DNA from: the human T2T-CHM13v2.0 reference genome, Homo sapiens
Direction: 5' to 3' (one strand)
DNA length: 64,000 nt
Assembly: GCF_009914755.1 (NCBI RefSeq)
Contig: NC_060948.1
Under the pieces are notes generated by a model. That model did not search any database, was not told the origin of the DNA, and worked only from the letters and a program-made list of their open reading frames with translations. Below, piece by piece: positions 63,834-64,000 of the stretch. The position numbers and the translations under genes were made by a program. Position 1 is the stretch's first letter. Each line of letters begins with the position of its first letter.

Positions 63834-64000
63834 TCTCTCCAAGACATTCTAGCAGCTGAATCTTGCCTGACTAGACTCTTCCACATGGAGGCTTTCATTG
63901 TAGTTTCTGCTTTCTTACTCTTGAGTGACCATCCCCAAGCCCAATTTTGAAGCCTCCTACTAATCCTCAGACAGTCAGAAGTCCTTCCAAAAATGCACTC

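Overview
Human genomic DNA: a gene-free, AT-rich, repeat-dense intergenic stretch. The AluYa5 at 30604-30932 indicates human origin. It is probably male-specific Y (Yq11), because the (TCTA)11 STR at 49489-49532 has flanks matching the DYS537 primer pair as I recall it (unverified). I see no credible protein-coding, RNA-gene or CRISPR feature. All ORF-track hits are L1/Alu/LTR-derived or chance. Main content: a full-length but disrupted L1PA4/5-like element (15286-21378) with a second L1 3' end fused into its tail; a 5.4 kb antisense L1PA7/8-like element; about 20 Alus; several ERV1 and MaLR solo LTRs, some nested; two piggyBac MER75 MITEs; Tigger and Charlie fossils; and STRs. The most unusual signal is not an annotated repeat class. 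It is a recurring set of locally templated insertions, in which 45-290 bp of nearby sequence is copied into older transposons with short junction repeats. There are also fold-back (hairpin) insertions, including a 42-bp near-perfect inverted repeat where an Alu tail should be. Repeat subfamily names come from recalled consensus sequences, and boundaries of old elements are approximate.
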